54,017 bases of DNA, taken from a virus (lineage: Duplodnaviria; Caudoviricetes). The DNA lies in the IMG/VR virus record IMGVR_UViG_3300018048_002591, positions 1-54,017 of that record; one strand, 5' to 3'. Positions 28,127 through 38,265 of this stretch are shown here, piece by piece. The notes under the pieces are model-generated. The model ran no database searches. It was not told the DNA's origin and worked only from the letters and a program-made list of their open reading frames with translations. Each line of letters starts with the position of its first letter. The stretch's first letter is position 1. A program made the position numbers and the translations under genes.

Positions 28127-29792
28127 CAATAGATTCAATGTTAAATTCGCTAAAGCCTGCATCTTTTGTAATTTCAATTTTCTTATCAAAGTATTCACTA
28201 GGTAAAACGGTATGGTTAATCACAAATGTATTTAATCCTATATCTTGAATAGTATTATGAAGAATGTTAATAATATGATGTACACCGTCATTGTCAATAG
28301 AAGAAAAGATTTCATCCAAAAATAAAATGTTAAGAGAAGGGAACCTAACCTTTATCATTTTCATTAAAGCCATGATAATTACAAAATCAACTTTCTTTCT
28401 TTCACCTGTACTTAAAGTCTTAGGACTAACTTCTGTACCTAGATGATGGAGAGAACAGTAAAACTTTTCATTAAATCTAATACCAAATGGAATTCCCATT
28501 TCTCTTCCCATTAACAGGATATTATTATTAAATGAAGGAAGAATAGATCTTACGGCTAAATTCTTAATACCATCTTCTCCCATAATGTTTTCTAGGATAG
28601 TTAAGTAATAATCTTCACCTTCACTTTTTAGCTTACCTTCATTCTTATCTGATTTTTTATCAGTAAATTCTTTTACTAATTGCTTTAGGTGAGAAGATGA
28701 TTCAGACTCATCCTTATCAGCAAGTTCAATTAACTTATCCTTAATAGATTCCATTTGAGTTTCTAACTGACCAACCTTTACATGGATCTTTCTTCCTTTT
28801 TGGCGAAGGTCAGTAAGATCAGCTTCTGCCTTTTCAGCATCTGCTTTAATACCATTCCATTGAGAAAACAAGGAATCTAATTTTTCTTCCTTTTCCTTTT
28901 TAATGTCTAAATGAAAATCTGAATTAAGAGGTGCTGTACATGTTGGGCATGTATTGTTTTCATAAAGCTTAAGTTCCTTTTTTACAGTATTAATTTTAGA
29001 ATTAAGATTTGATTTTTCATTATTCTTTTTACGAGAATAAGAATCCATCTCTTCTAGTTTTTCTTTAGTTGACTGTGTTATCTCTAATAACTTTTTTCTT
29101 TGACCATTTAAAGTAACTAGATTTTCTTTGAGGACTTTAACCTTTTCAGCATCTTTATCTTTACTTATCTTTTCAAAATGTTCAATTTTTTCTAAAACAG
29201 AATCTATTGAATCATTAAGAGTTCGGATTTCATCTTCATAAGTTCTGATTTCTTCAATTATGCTTCTCCTCTTTTCTTTAACAGCTTCTGCCATTTCATT
29301 AATAATTGAAAAGCCAAAGATCTTATCAATGATTCGCTTCTTATCGTAAGGAGACATTGTAATAAAAGACTTAAAGTCATTAACAGATAGAATAATTACA
29401 TTCTTAAATACATGATAAGGAATTTCAAAAATTTCAGTTTCTAAAAAGTCTTGAAGATTTGTTTTACCTGCAACATCATATTCGGAGCCATTAATCTTTA
29501 CATTAAATACCCCAGGATTAATACCTCTTTCAATCTCAATAGAATTATTTTTTGACTCTAACCAAATTTTACCCCAAAGCTCCCCGTTTACTCTGTTAGG
29601 TAAGTCTTTAAGATTGGCACCTTCAACTTTACCATAACAAAGATATGTTATCACTTTTGCTAAAGTACTTTTACCTGCACCATTTCCACCTAGTACTAAG
29701 TATAAGTCACTTTTGTTTTTATTAAATTCTATTACTTGCTTTCGGTTACCGTAACTTGCAAAATTTTTGAACTCTACTTTGTTAATCTTCAT
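28122..29792 (-). CDS. gp46: Recombination ATPase (T4 gp46 / Rad50-SbcC-like)
   Basis: FKNFASYGN, GGNGAGKS, zinc hook CPTC, LSTGE signature, LFLDE. Confidence 0.95.
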   Translation of the reverse strand: MKINKVEFKNFASYGNRKQVIEFNKNKSDLYLVLGGNGAGKSTLAKVITYLCYGKVEGANLKDLPNRVNGELWGKIWLESKNNSIEIERGINPGVFNVKINGSEYDVAGKTNLQDFLETEIFEIPYHVFKNVIILSVNDFKSFITMSPYDKKRIIDKIFGFSIINEMAEAVKEKRRSIIEEIRTYEDEIRTLNDSIDSVLEKIEHFEKISKDKDAEKVKVLKENLVTLNGQRKKLLEITQSTKEKLEEMDSYSRKKNNEKSNLNSKINTVKKELKLYENNTCPTCTAPLNSDFHLDIKKEKEEKLDSLFSQWNGIKADAEKAEADLTDLRQKGRKIHVKVGQLETQMESIKDKLIELADKDESESSSHLKQLVKEFTDKKSDKNEGKLKSEGEDYYLTILENIMGEDGIKNLAVRSILPSFNNNILLMGREMGIPFGIRFNEKFYCSLHHLGTEVSPKTLSTGERKKVDFVIIMALMKMIKVRFPSLNILFLDEIFSSIDNDGVHHIINILHNTIQDIGLNTFVINHTVLPSEYFDKKIEITKDAGFSEFNIESIG

Positions 29793-30867
29793 AGTTAGGT
29801 GATAGTGTTGTTTTATATAGTTCTTGGACTGACAGTTTTAGTCTTTCCTTTAAATCCTCTTCATAATCTAATGAATTGATATACTCTGCGGCAATATTCA
29901 TTAAATTCAATTCTCCGTTAAAATCTGACATTTCCCCATCTTCTCTATCATATGGGTTATCCTCATCATAAATTCTTGGTTCTAATTTTCTGGCAACACC
30001 ATCAAGGTAATCCATGAATCTATTAATATTATACTTACCTAAGATATTTGATGGCACAAACACATCCACAAAATTATCCTTTATTTCTCTCTTTATATCC
30101 TCCATTCTCATCTCTAAGATATCATTAATATAATACCGTATAAATACTGGACTCCTCTTGTTCATAAAGAATTGGTGCTTTCCAGTATCTAAATCCAATA
30201 GATAGATACCTTTTTGATTATCACGATCAGATCTTGTCATTTGGTAAGGATTTCCTACTAATACAAAATTCTGTTTATCTTGTCTATAATGAATATGACC
30301 TGAGTAAACTCGCTTAAATCTCTTAAAGGTTGAAACATCATTACCACCTTCATGGAGGTGTTTTGTACTAGGACTAGTTTGAACACCGCGAGTTTCAGTA
30401 TGACAAAACATATAGTCAATATTTTCTGTGATAGAATCTAATGTTTCTTTTTCATGTTTATGATCTCTCCGCCATGGCATAAGTAAACATTTAGCATCTC
30501 CATATTGTAAGATCTTATGTTCTTTATGAACGGTAACATTAGGAATATATTTAAGACAGTCTACTGATGCAATATCATTAGAGTTCTTTCTCATTATATC
30601 ATGATTACCTACAATGATATGGATGTCTGGAAATATTTTTCCTAATTCTTCAAAAACTCTAATTCCTAAATCTTGTGCAGCTAAATTAATACTTTGGCGA
30701 TTATCAAACACATCCCCTAAATGATAAAGAACATCACCTTCTTTGTATTCCTTTTTAACTAATGGTATAAAAAAGTTAAAGAAGTAATCTTCAATGATGT
30801 TAAGCCATAAAACTGAATTTGATCTACACCCAAGGTGAGAATCACTAACCATCCAAATTCTTGCCAT
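29782..30867 (-). CDS. gp47: Recombination nuclease (T4 gp47 / Mre11-SbcD-like)
   Basis: SDSHLG, LGDVFDNR, VGNHD, SGHIH. Confidence 0.93.
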   Translation of the reverse strand: MARIWMVSDSHLGCRSNSVLWLNIIEDYFFNFFIPLVKKEYKEGDVLYHLGDVFDNRQSINLAAQDLGIRVFEELGKIFPDIHIIVGNHDIMRKNSNDIASVDCLKYIPNVTVHKEHKILQYGDAKCLLMPWRRDHKHEKETLDSITENIDYMFCHTETRGVQTSPSTKHLHEGGNDVSTFKRFKRVYSGHIHYRQDKQNFVLVGNPYQMTRSDRDNQKGIYLLDLDTGKHQFFMNKRSPVFIRYYINDILEMRMEDIKREIKDNFVDVFVPSNILGKYNINRFMDYLDGVARKLEPRIYDEDNPYDREDGEMSDFNGELNLMNIAAEYINSLDYEEDLKERLKLSVQELYKTTLSPNYED

Positions 30868-30868
30868 G

Positions 30869-31366
30869 TTAAAATAATTTTCTTATTTTTCTTTTTTCTA
30901 GGATATTATACTTATCGTCTAATTCTTTAATAAGTTCATCCTTAAATTTATTAGAAAGAGAATTATAAAACTTGTTAGGGAATACATCAAAGTAATCTGA
31001 TATAACACTGAATAAATCTACTCTTGTATAACCTTCACCAACATGTTCAATTACATAAGAGTATACTTTATTAATCTGTACTTTATTTAGTTTTTTAATA
31101 ACTCCGTCAGGTGTGGCTTCATTAAGATGCTCATATTCACTACCTTTAATTAAGTTATCAATCTTTTTAATTAGAAGTTCATAATGCATCTTATCATCTG
31201 GATCCATATCATCCAGGTATGTGGAAGAAACTGTAAAGTTTACTCGGTTTTCAGTTACATCTTGTTCACCGTAAGTGTTGTTAAAGATCTTATCTTTGTC
31301 TGCTAATGATGGCTTTATTTCTTTGCCATTTTCATCTAATTTTGGTATTTTCTTTTTTCCCCACAT
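30869..31366 (-). CDS. Hypothetical protein; C-terminal half resembles the late co-activator gp33
   Basis: VDLFSVISDYFDV....NSLSNKFKDELIKE....NIL.K..RKLF parallels the remembered gp33 pattern. Confidence 0.45.
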   Translation of the reverse strand: MWGKKKIPKLDENGKEIKPSLADKDKIFNNTYGEQDVTENRVNFTVSSTYLDDMDPDDKMHYELLIKKIDNLIKGSEYEHLNEATPDGVIKKLNKVQINKVYSYVIEHVGEGYTRVDLFSVISDYFDVFPNKFYNSLSNKFKDELIKELDDKYNILEKRKIRKLF

Positions 31367-31373
31367 AGTATGT

Positions 31374-32657
31374 TTAATTTATGTCATCAGTTTCGGTTAA
31401 TCTCATATGATCATAATCGATATTAAATCGACATCTTGACCCTTTTCCTTGCCCATCTCTAATCTTCAATACCTTTAACCAATATTCTCTATTTGCATGC
31501 ATCATTGAATCTTGAATCAATGCATACATAACATCTGCAGTATGCGCAAGACCTGCAGATTCTGCGATGTTTTCCATTCTTACTTCAGTTGCATCCCATG
31601 CGCCACGGTTAATTTGTGTTGCTGAAATTACTAACATATCTCTTTTAACAGCAAGAGCACGAAGATCTTCAGCAATTTGTTTAATCTTCATATAAGTATT
31701 TTCAGTATTTGGATTTCTATAATTTGCAAGAATATTAATATAGTCAACTACCAAAACATTTACTTTATGATCTTGGCTTTCTTCTAAATCTTTAAGATAA
31801 GATTCAATATCAAGAACAGTACCTTGAGAAGTTGGAAATTCTTTTATAAAGAGCTTTCCTGGTGGAAGTAATCCCCTAGAAATTCTTTCCAATTTTCTTT
31901 TCATAAATTCACGATTACCTGTTTTATTATCATATTCCATCATAGAAATATCTAACAGATTAGAACCTATTCTCTTAAGTACTTTTTGTGCAGACATCTC
32001 AGCTGAAATGAATACTACATTATGACCCATTCTAACGAAGTTAGCGGCATCATTTGCCAACCATATAGATTTACCAATGTTTTGTTCACCGGCATATACA
32101 ATGAGAGATTTCGTATCATAACCACCACCAGAAACATTATCTACAAAAGTCCAACCGGTTTCAATCTTTTTAGATGTTCTCTGTATGTGGTGCTCAGGAT
32201 TAAAGAAGTCTAATCCAGTATCAGTATCAAAGTTTAATGATCCTTCAGTAGAGATCATACCAATTGCACGGGTTACTACATCTTCAACATTTTCCGGGCT
32301 AACATCTTGAGTTTTTACATACTCAATAGTTCTTACTAATTGTTTATCAAAGTGTTTCCATTTAACCCAAGACTCACCAGTTCTCTTTAACCAATCCTGG
32401 TCATATTCATTAATATTAATATTATAAATACTTGTTACAATATCACCAGGGATTTCATTAGGATCATCTTTAACTAAAGCCTTCATTTGTTCTCGTGAAG
32501 GACTTTCCCCAAAGTTAATATAAAAATTCTTTGCTAATTTTGCAATATGATCTAGATCACTGTTGGAAAAGAAACCCGGTCCTGTGCTTTTTAGATAATG
32601 TGGTTTCTTAAGAAAATAGTTAAAGAATATTTTTTCGTGATCTGTACTTGATTTCAT
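31374..32657 (-). CDS. gp41: Replicative DnaB-like helicase (T4 gp41-like)
   Basis: GEQNIGKS, SAEM, IKEFPT, VVDYINI, IAEDLRALA, SATQINR, AESAGL..TAD. Confidence 0.95.
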   Translation of the reverse strand: MKSSTDHEKIFFNYFLKKPHYLKSTGPGFFSNSDLDHIAKLAKNFYINFGESPSREQMKALVKDDPNEIPGDIVTSIYNININEYDQDWLKRTGESWVKWKHFDKQLVRTIEYVKTQDVSPENVEDVVTRAIGMISTEGSLNFDTDTGLDFFNPEHHIQRTSKKIETGWTFVDNVSGGGYDTKSLIVYAGEQNIGKSIWLANDAANFVRMGHNVVFISAEMSAQKVLKRIGSNLLDISMMEYDNKTGNREFMKRKLERISRGLLPPGKLFIKEFPTSQGTVLDIESYLKDLEESQDHKVNVLVVDYINILANYRNPNTENTYMKIKQIAEDLRALAVKRDMLVISATQINRGAWDATEVRMENIAESAGLAHTADVMYALIQDSMMHANREYWLKVLKIRDGQGKGSRCRFNIDYDHMRLTETDDIN

Positions 32658-32669
32658 CTTTGTTTATTT

Positions 32670-32696
32670 TTATATAGTGGAAACTATATTTAGTTT
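32670..32696 (-). promoter_or_regulatory. Replication-class promoter AAAC-N18-TATAA
   Basis: AAACtaaatatagtttccactaTATAA. Confidence 0.55.
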
Positions 32697-33003
32697 ATTC
32701 ATACGGATTTTTAATAACCTCGTATGTAGTATAAGCAGAATTAGAAAGTGATACATCAATAATCTTATCTCTCCTAAGACTCATGATTATTTCATTCGTT
32801 CTTTCATCGGTTAGGTCATACTTTTTCTGTAAAGATACATTAGTAAACTTTATCTCTTTTGCTACCTTACCACAGTAATCACGTATTAATTCAAAAATAA
32901 CATCTTCAGAATCAGGGTATGTTGGTAATGCTGTATGATTTCCTAATACGTGCTTAACTTTAAGTTTAGCAGTATCAATCGTTTTCTTCAGCATTTTCTT
33001 CAA
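32695..33003 (-). CDS. Small hypothetical protein (possible winged-helix fold)
   Basis: ORF between uvsX and the helicase; SLQKKYDLTDERTNEIIMSLRRDKII has a helix-turn-helix-like pattern. Confidence 0.55.
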   Translation of the reverse strand: MKKMLKKTIDTAKLKVKHVLGNHTALPTYPDSEDVIFELIRDYCGKVAKEIKFTNVSLQKKYDLTDERTNEIIMSLRRDKIIDVSLSNSAYTTYEVIKNPYE

Positions 33004-34171
33004 GCATTTCGGTTAAATTCTCTACATCAATTTCTTCACCATATTTAAACTTCTCGGCGACTACCGGTTCAAGCTTTTGTAAAACTTCCGGTGTCATAAC
33101 TAATGGAGTAAATAATTGATTAAGATCAACAGTATCGTTAAGATGAGCTACACAGATCTTACGAGCAGTTGCTGCAGGTTGGAAATAAATAGTTACTTCT
33201 TTATCATCTTTTTCATATGTATGTTCTCGGCATTCTGCTTTACCCGTCTCGTTAAGTTTATCATATGCATTTTGATTAATAAACCTTCCACGTTCAATAC
33301 CGCACGTATCCCAGCTGATATACTCCTCTAATCCAATGTAAGGATTCATACCTTTATTAAATGAAATGTGGAATTTAATTGGCGTAGGTTTAGCAAAGCG
33401 ATTTTTATTAGGTTTTGCAGTTACAATAATACCAGTCTGTTCAACACCGTCTTTAAGTTTTGCCTTACCTAAGAAAAGAATAATGGAAGCAGCATACTCA
33501 GGACCAGTACCACCTCCACCTACTTGGCGAGAAAACAGGTCTTGTGTTTGGTATGTATGATTTGTAAATAAGAAAGGAACCTTTATGATGCCTAATTTGG
33601 TCATAAGAATACGGAACGTAGATTTAAGCAATTTAGCTCGCGTCATATCAGCCTTATCACTACCGCTCTTGGCATCATCAATTTCTTTTTGTGTTGCAAG
33701 GTTACCTGCAGAGTCCAATATAATTAAGACTCTAGGTAATTCAGCACCTTTATTCTTTTGATCAATCAAAAGATCAGTTAATGCAGTAACAGAACTTCTG
33801 AACTCTTGAACAGTATTACATGGTTCATAACGGAATTTTTTAGGATCTATTCCAAATTTTTCAACCAACTTTTTATCTACTGCATTTTCAGAATCATAGA
33901 ATACAATACTATATCCCATTTCCTGTGCTTGTTTAACAGCATTAAGAATAAGATAAGTTTTACCTGTACCAGAAGGCCCAGCCAATGCAACTGCTCTATT
34001 ATTAGGATAACCTCCAAATAAGGATCCTGTTAAACATGCATTAAGGTGGTAATTTCCGGTAGGTATAAAGTGATCAATTTCTGAAATGCTTGATTTATCC
34101 AATGTCTCTCCGTATGTGGAGTGTTTTGACATTTCCTTGTTTAAATCTGCGAATGAAAATTCTTTACCCAT
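32975..34171 (-). CDS. uvsX: RecA-like recombinase UvsX
   Basis: AGPSGTGKT, YDSENA, ILDSAGNL, ADMTRAK, FTNHTY, GGG.G..YAAS, KNRF. Confidence 0.95.
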   Translation of the reverse strand: MGKEFSFADLNKEMSKHSTYGETLDKSSISEIDHFIPTGNYHLNACLTGSLFGGYPNNRAVALAGPSGTGKTYLILNAVKQAQEMGYSIVFYDSENAVDKKLVEKFGIDPKKFRYEPCNTVQEFRSSVTALTDLLIDQKNKGAELPRVLIILDSAGNLATQKEIDDAKSGSDKADMTRAKLLKSTFRILMTKLGIIKVPFLFTNHTYQTQDLFSRQVGGGGTGPEYAASIILFLGKAKLKDGVEQTGIIVTAKPNKNRFAKPTPIKFHISFNKGMNPYIGLEEYISWDTCGIERGRFINQNAYDKLNETGKAECREHTYEKDDKEVTIYFQPAATARKICVAHLNDTVDLNQLFTPLVMTPEVLQKLEPVVAEKFKYGEEIDVENLTEMLEENAEEND

Positions 34172-34190
34172 ATTTTGTTTTATTTTATTA

Positions 34191-34216
34191 TTATATAGAA
34201 AAATGTTAAGTTGTTT
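34191..34216 (-). promoter_or_regulatory. Replication-class promoter AAAC-N17-TATAA
   Basis: AAACaacttaacatttttctaTATAA. Confidence 0.65.
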
Positions 34217-35142
34217 TAATTACTCATTTTTTTAAAATAAGGTACCCAGAATTTTTCTATAATAGATTCCCAATCCTTATCAGGAAATATTTCATCATGT
34301 ACATTAGATACATATTCATTAATAAGCATTGGATTATTAATAAATTCACTAATAATTTTAACAGCTTCATCGACAGTTTTGAATTTCTTAACTGTATCAT
34401 AATATCTAACAATTCCTACATTAGTTGAAATAAAAGGTATCTTACAAGCAGCTGTTTCTAAATAAGACATAGGATTTCCTTCAGCCGAGGATGTACATAT
34501 TACTAGATCAACATCATGGTACATATTCTTATCGTTATTCCTCCCGGTAATAGTTACAGGATATACCTTAGCTTTATTGCATATTTCATGAAACATATTA
34601 GGTCTTTTAATAGACTGCCAATCTTCTTTAGGCGAAGATCCTACAAACCCAACCTTTTGGATTTGAGTAATTTGTTTAAATGGGTAAAATCTCTTTCTAT
34701 TTACACCGATAGGTAAGAGATAACTTTCAACACCCTTAGATCTAAGTTGATCTACTATATAAGGATTAATACTACATAATGGTGTAGTAAACCAATCTTC
34801 ATACCATCCATGATTAAAATGATCAGCAGGTACATCTACTTCATGATGATAAACTGGAATAAACTTATCTTTAAGTTCATTTTGTTCTTCTATAGGTAAA
34901 TCTTTAAAAAGCCAACCGTTATTTAATACGTTTGCAATATAAGGATCAACTATAATAAGATCATAATTCTTCCATCCTCTTTGGTTAAAAAGATAAACAT
35001 AATTATCTTTTTCTGCCCAATCCATTAGCTTAAATTGAATATCTGGGTATTTTTCATCAATGATAGATTTAATATCACGATGAATTATTCCCATTGCTCC
35101 AGCAGAGCAATCACCAAAATATAGAACATTAATCATTTTCAA
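34216..35142 (-). CDS. GT-B fold glycosyltransferase (GT4-like)
   Basis: GVNRKRFYP, VGFVG, IKR, TSSAEGNPMSYLETAACKIPFISTNVG (Ex7E). Confidence 0.8.
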   Translation of the reverse strand: MKMINVLYFGDCSAGAMGIIHRDIKSIIDEKYPDIQFKLMDWAEKDNYVYLFNQRGWKNYDLIIVDPYIANVLNNGWLFKDLPIEEQNELKDKFIPVYHHEVDVPADHFNHGWYEDWFTTPLCSINPYIVDQLRSKGVESYLLPIGVNRKRFYPFKQITQIQKVGFVGSSPKEDWQSIKRPNMFHEICNKAKVYPVTITGRNNDKNMYHDVDLVICTSSAEGNPMSYLETAACKIPFISTNVGIVRYYDTVKKFKTVDEAVKIISEFINNPMLINEYVSNVHDEIFPDKDWESIIEKFWVPYFKKMSN

Positions 35143-36283
35143 GATTTTGCTTTTCTATCCATTTAGATGTATACAATGAATCATCCCATATTTCATACCA
35201 ACCTCTTCCTGAATGTATATCAGAAACCTTTCTAAAAAAGTCTTCATACATTGGGGCTATTGCTTCTAATGAAAACTTTTCTCCATGCTTTCTACAATCT
35301 ATTGATTTTATCTTGCCTTCTTGTATGTTTTTAACTGCTCTTACATAGTCTTCAAACGTCCTACAGCGATAGCCTGTTACGCCTTCAATATTATTTTCAG
35401 TAAAGGCACCCCAATCAGATGATATAGTAGGAGTCCCTGCTAAGAGATTTTCAATCTGTACTCCACCAAACGGTTCAAGATATTGGGATGCCAAGAAAGA
35501 ACCTTTTGCATTTTTCATTAGCTCTTTTCTTTCTTCAACGCCTGCATATCCTACAAATTCCACATGATCTGGCCATTTATAATTTTCATACGAAGGGTCT
35601 AATTGACCAGCAACTTTAAGTTTTACCCCAGCGGCTTCACAAACCTGTTGAGCAATATGAACCCCTTTACCAGTATAAACTCTTCCTAAGAAAAGAAAGT
35701 AATCTTCTTTTTCTTCTTGATATTCAAATTGGTCTAAATCAAAATAATTAGGAATTACTATATCATAGTTACTTTGTGCACATGCCCCAACATTACGAAG
35801 TCCGCAATATGCATGATAAATTGCATAAGATTCAAATATTTTATAAGGTGCCCAGTGACCACCTGCATATCCTATACCAGGTTCTATTGTTAAAAGGTCT
35901 GGGTGAGCATCACAAATTGGTCTTACACCTGCTCCCCAAAACGGAAGAATGATGTCTCCTGGTTGTTTTCTTTTATCAATTTCTCTAATTGCATTTCTAT
36001 AAAAAGTTTGATATGCTTTATCATTCATATCATACTTAAACCATTTACTCTTGTAATCATGAGTACCATAAACCTCTTCCCATACCTCATTAGTAATAAC
36101 TGTTACATCTTCATCTGCCATGGTGTCCGAATCTTCATGACCGTAATGGTAAATTGTATGACCTCTTCCAGCCATCATTTTACAAAATTTCCAGGCCTTT
36201 TGTGTATAGGCGCATGCTACAAAGTCTTCATTGGTTATAGTATGTGGAAGACCTAGTACGTGAATTCTAAAACTCTTTTTCAT
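35129..36283 (-). CDS. GT4 family glycosyltransferase
   Basis: VIPN, FLGRVYTGKG, EPFGGVQIE (Ex7E), GTPTI, E.....GVTGY. Confidence 0.88.
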   Translation of the reverse strand: MKKSFRIHVLGLPHTITNEDFVACAYTQKAWKFCKMMAGRGHTIYHYGHEDSDTMADEDVTVITNEVWEEVYGTHDYKSKWFKYDMNDKAYQTFYRNAIREIDKRKQPGDIILPFWGAGVRPICDAHPDLLTIEPGIGYAGGHWAPYKIFESYAIYHAYCGLRNVGACAQSNYDIVIPNYFDLDQFEYQEEKEDYFLFLGRVYTGKGVHIAQQVCEAAGVKLKVAGQLDPSYENYKWPDHVEFVGYAGVEERKELMKNAKGSFLASQYLEPFGGVQIENLLAGTPTISSDWGAFTENNIEGVTGYRCRTFEDYVRAVKNIQEGKIKSIDCRKHGEKFSLEAIAPMYEDFFRKVSDIHSGRGWYEIWDDSLYTSKWIEKQNLEND

Positions 36284-36298
36284 ATTTATGTTTATTTT

Positions 36299-37417
36299 TT
36301 AGAAAAGATTGGTGGTATAAATTATGTTTCTGTTAAAGGCCTTAAATCCCATCGCAGTTACAACCCGATTTATTGGATCCAATATTGTCTTTTCAAATTG
36401 TTTATCATAATCTACCTTAGGGGCAAATTCATAAGGATAATCACCAGGAGCATATGCAAATACATCGCAGGATGAATCTACAGAAAAGTACATTTTACAT
36501 TTTTCGCCGTTTCCTAGTGGCTGATATTTTCCTTTCACACTGGAGTTATTTAATAGGTAATTATGATAACCTGCAGATCTTACCCCAATTGGACATTTAG
36601 ATGCAACTTCAAATGTATCATAATCGTTTACTATATATCGTTGATAATTATTAACCTTTCGTGAAAAACTGATTTGATCTACATTTGCTAATCTAAATTG
36701 TCTTTTAATATCTTTAAGTTGACTTGCAAATTTACCCATATCTAATTCACCAGCCGAAAATATATATGTTAGCAATTCTTTTAGTTTTTCTCTAGCAAAA
36801 ATTGGAGTGGATGACTGTATAATTTCAAATCCTTTAGAACTAATTTTAGAAAGATCATCATAATGAATATCCGGATCCTTCCAAACAATATTCTGCATGT
36901 ACTTTTTCTTGGCAAGCCATATTGCATTCTTAGCAATACTTTCTAATTCAAATGATAAAAAGTTTTCTGCATTATTATTATCAGCATACACCTGTAGAAT
37001 TTTTTCTATATAAGCTTTAAGTCTTACTTCATATAACTTTAAAATGAATTCTTTTTCATCACCTTCCCACCCTTCAGATTTTTTAATTAGTTCCTCAAAC
37101 TTTACATATACCGAATCAGTATCAATATAAATACCAACAGGTTTTTCAATTTTACCAGTTACTGTTATTCCCATAGCTTGGTGAGCAGCAGTATCTTTAT
37201 GCCAATATTCTTTAAAATATTTGTTAATAAGTCTTTCAGTATATAGGATAGCATCTTTACCTTGAAGGGTAATAGTTTCGGCTATATCAACATTAAAGAA
37301 ATAGAAATAAGGATTACCAAATGCACCGTAAATAGAGTTAAGCATTAGCTTTACAGCTTGTTCATAATTATAATACTTTGATGCTTCTTCTTTTATTTGC
37401 TGTAATTCCTCTGTCAT
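36299..37417 (-). CDS. Family B DNA polymerase, C-terminal half only (split gp43B-like)
   Basis: Starts in the fingers; motif B KLMLNSIYG, motif C YIDTDSVY, KKKY, KGFE, YDKQFEK; no exonuclease or motif A. The likely start is MTEELQQ at 37417, because the promoter lies inside the longer ORF call. Confidence 0.9.
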   Translation of the reverse strand: MTEELQQIKEEASKYYNYEQAVKLMLNSIYGAFGNPYFYFFNVDIAETITLQGKDAILYTERLINKYFKEYWHKDTAAHQAMGITVTGKIEKPVGIYIDTDSVYVKFEELIKKSEGWEGDEKEFILKLYEVRLKAYIEKILQVYADNNNAENFLSFELESIAKNAIWLAKKKYMQNIVWKDPDIHYDDLSKISSKGFEIIQSSTPIFAREKLKELLTYIFSAGELDMGKFASQLKDIKRQFRLANVDQISFSRKVNNYQRYIVNDYDTFEVASKCPIGVRSAGYHNYLLNNSSVKGKYQPLGNGEKCKMYFSVDSSCDVFAYAPGDYPYEFAPKVDYDKQFEKTILDPINRVVTAMGFKAFNRNIIYTTNLF

Positions 37418-37425
37418 TTTTATTT

Positions 37426-37451
37426 TTATAAGGTAAAGATTAAAAAAGTTT
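37426..37451 (-). promoter_or_regulatory. Replication-class promoter AAAC-N17-TATAA
   Basis: AAACttttttaatctttacctTATAA. Confidence 0.65.
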
Positions 37452-37481
37452 AAGGGCACCTAAACTTAATTAGATGCCCTT
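37442..37481 (-). terminator. Terminator-like hairpin after the sliding clamp gene
   Basis: Minus strand AAGGGCATCTAA-TTAAGT-TTAGGTGCCCTT followed by aaacTTTTTT. Confidence 0.6.
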
Positions 37482-37493
37482 AGATAGACGGGA

Positions 37494-38243
37494 TTAATCT
37501 TCGTCTGTAATGGCAACCGCCACAGTAAGATGAGTGTTAGTATCCAACGATTTGAAAACAACTTTATTTTCACATACACTCACTTTATAGTTTTCCTTAT
37601 CTAAAAGGTTTATGTATTTCTTATAGATAACAACCTTTGCACCTTTTTCAACAGATGAATCATATGAGTGACAAAGTGTAGCATCGTATGAAGTACCTTT
37701 AATGTTAATACCTTTTTCTCCAATACAAAGAGTAAAGATATCTTCTTCTTTATCAAGGTTAAACAATGATTTCATTTTATCTACATGAGTAGTAAGAAGA
37801 TCAAATTCAAACATCTTAGATTCAGTTCCAAATGCTCGGTCAGTTTCTTCTTTACTCATTTCCATAAATGATAATGATGGATCGGTACATGCAAGATTAA
37901 TTTGAAGATCATCATTCTCTAAAATAAAATCACTTGCCATGTATTCTCCGTCATATTCAGTATACTTAATACGACCTTTTACATCACCATTAAAATGGCT
38001 TAACGCATCAATAACTTTAGTACCGTTATAGAAGCTTACTTTTACCGGATTATCAATATCTGCTTCAAAGATATCTTTAGTTGGTGTGCTAACCAATTTA
38101 ACAGCATCTCGTTCAGGAAAATAGACAGAAGAAACAGTTCCTTCTTTTGCAATCTTCATAAAGATAAACTTGTCAATTGGAAGTAGTTTGCGGACGAATG
38201 AACTTAATTCATAACCGTCAATTTTGTTAATTGTTGTTTCCAT
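37494..38243 (-). CDS. gp45: Probable sliding clamp (T4 gp45-like)
   Basis: 249 aa, acidic alpha/beta pattern, NLL...NYKVSV, C-terminal VAVA; adjacent to the polymerase. Confidence 0.65.
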   Translation of the reverse strand: METTINKIDGYELSSFVRKLLPIDKFIFMKIAKEGTVSSVYFPERDAVKLVSTPTKDIFEADIDNPVKVSFYNGTKVIDALSHFNGDVKGRIKYTEYDGEYMASDFILENDDLQINLACTDPSLSFMEMSKEETDRAFGTESKMFEFDLLTTHVDKMKSLFNLDKEEDIFTLCIGEKGINIKGTSYDATLCHSYDSSVEKGAKVVIYKKYINLLDKENYKVSVCENKVVFKSLDTNTHLTVAVAITDED

Positions 38244-38265
38244 TGAAAATAAATTTTGTTTATTA

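Noticed and set aside
37418-37459. N-terminal extension MPLNFFNLYLIKIK of the polymerase ORF, or a frameshift/intron link to an N-terminal half
   Set aside because: The extension spans the promoter and hairpin; the upstream gene is the clamp and no exonuclease-coding frame is present
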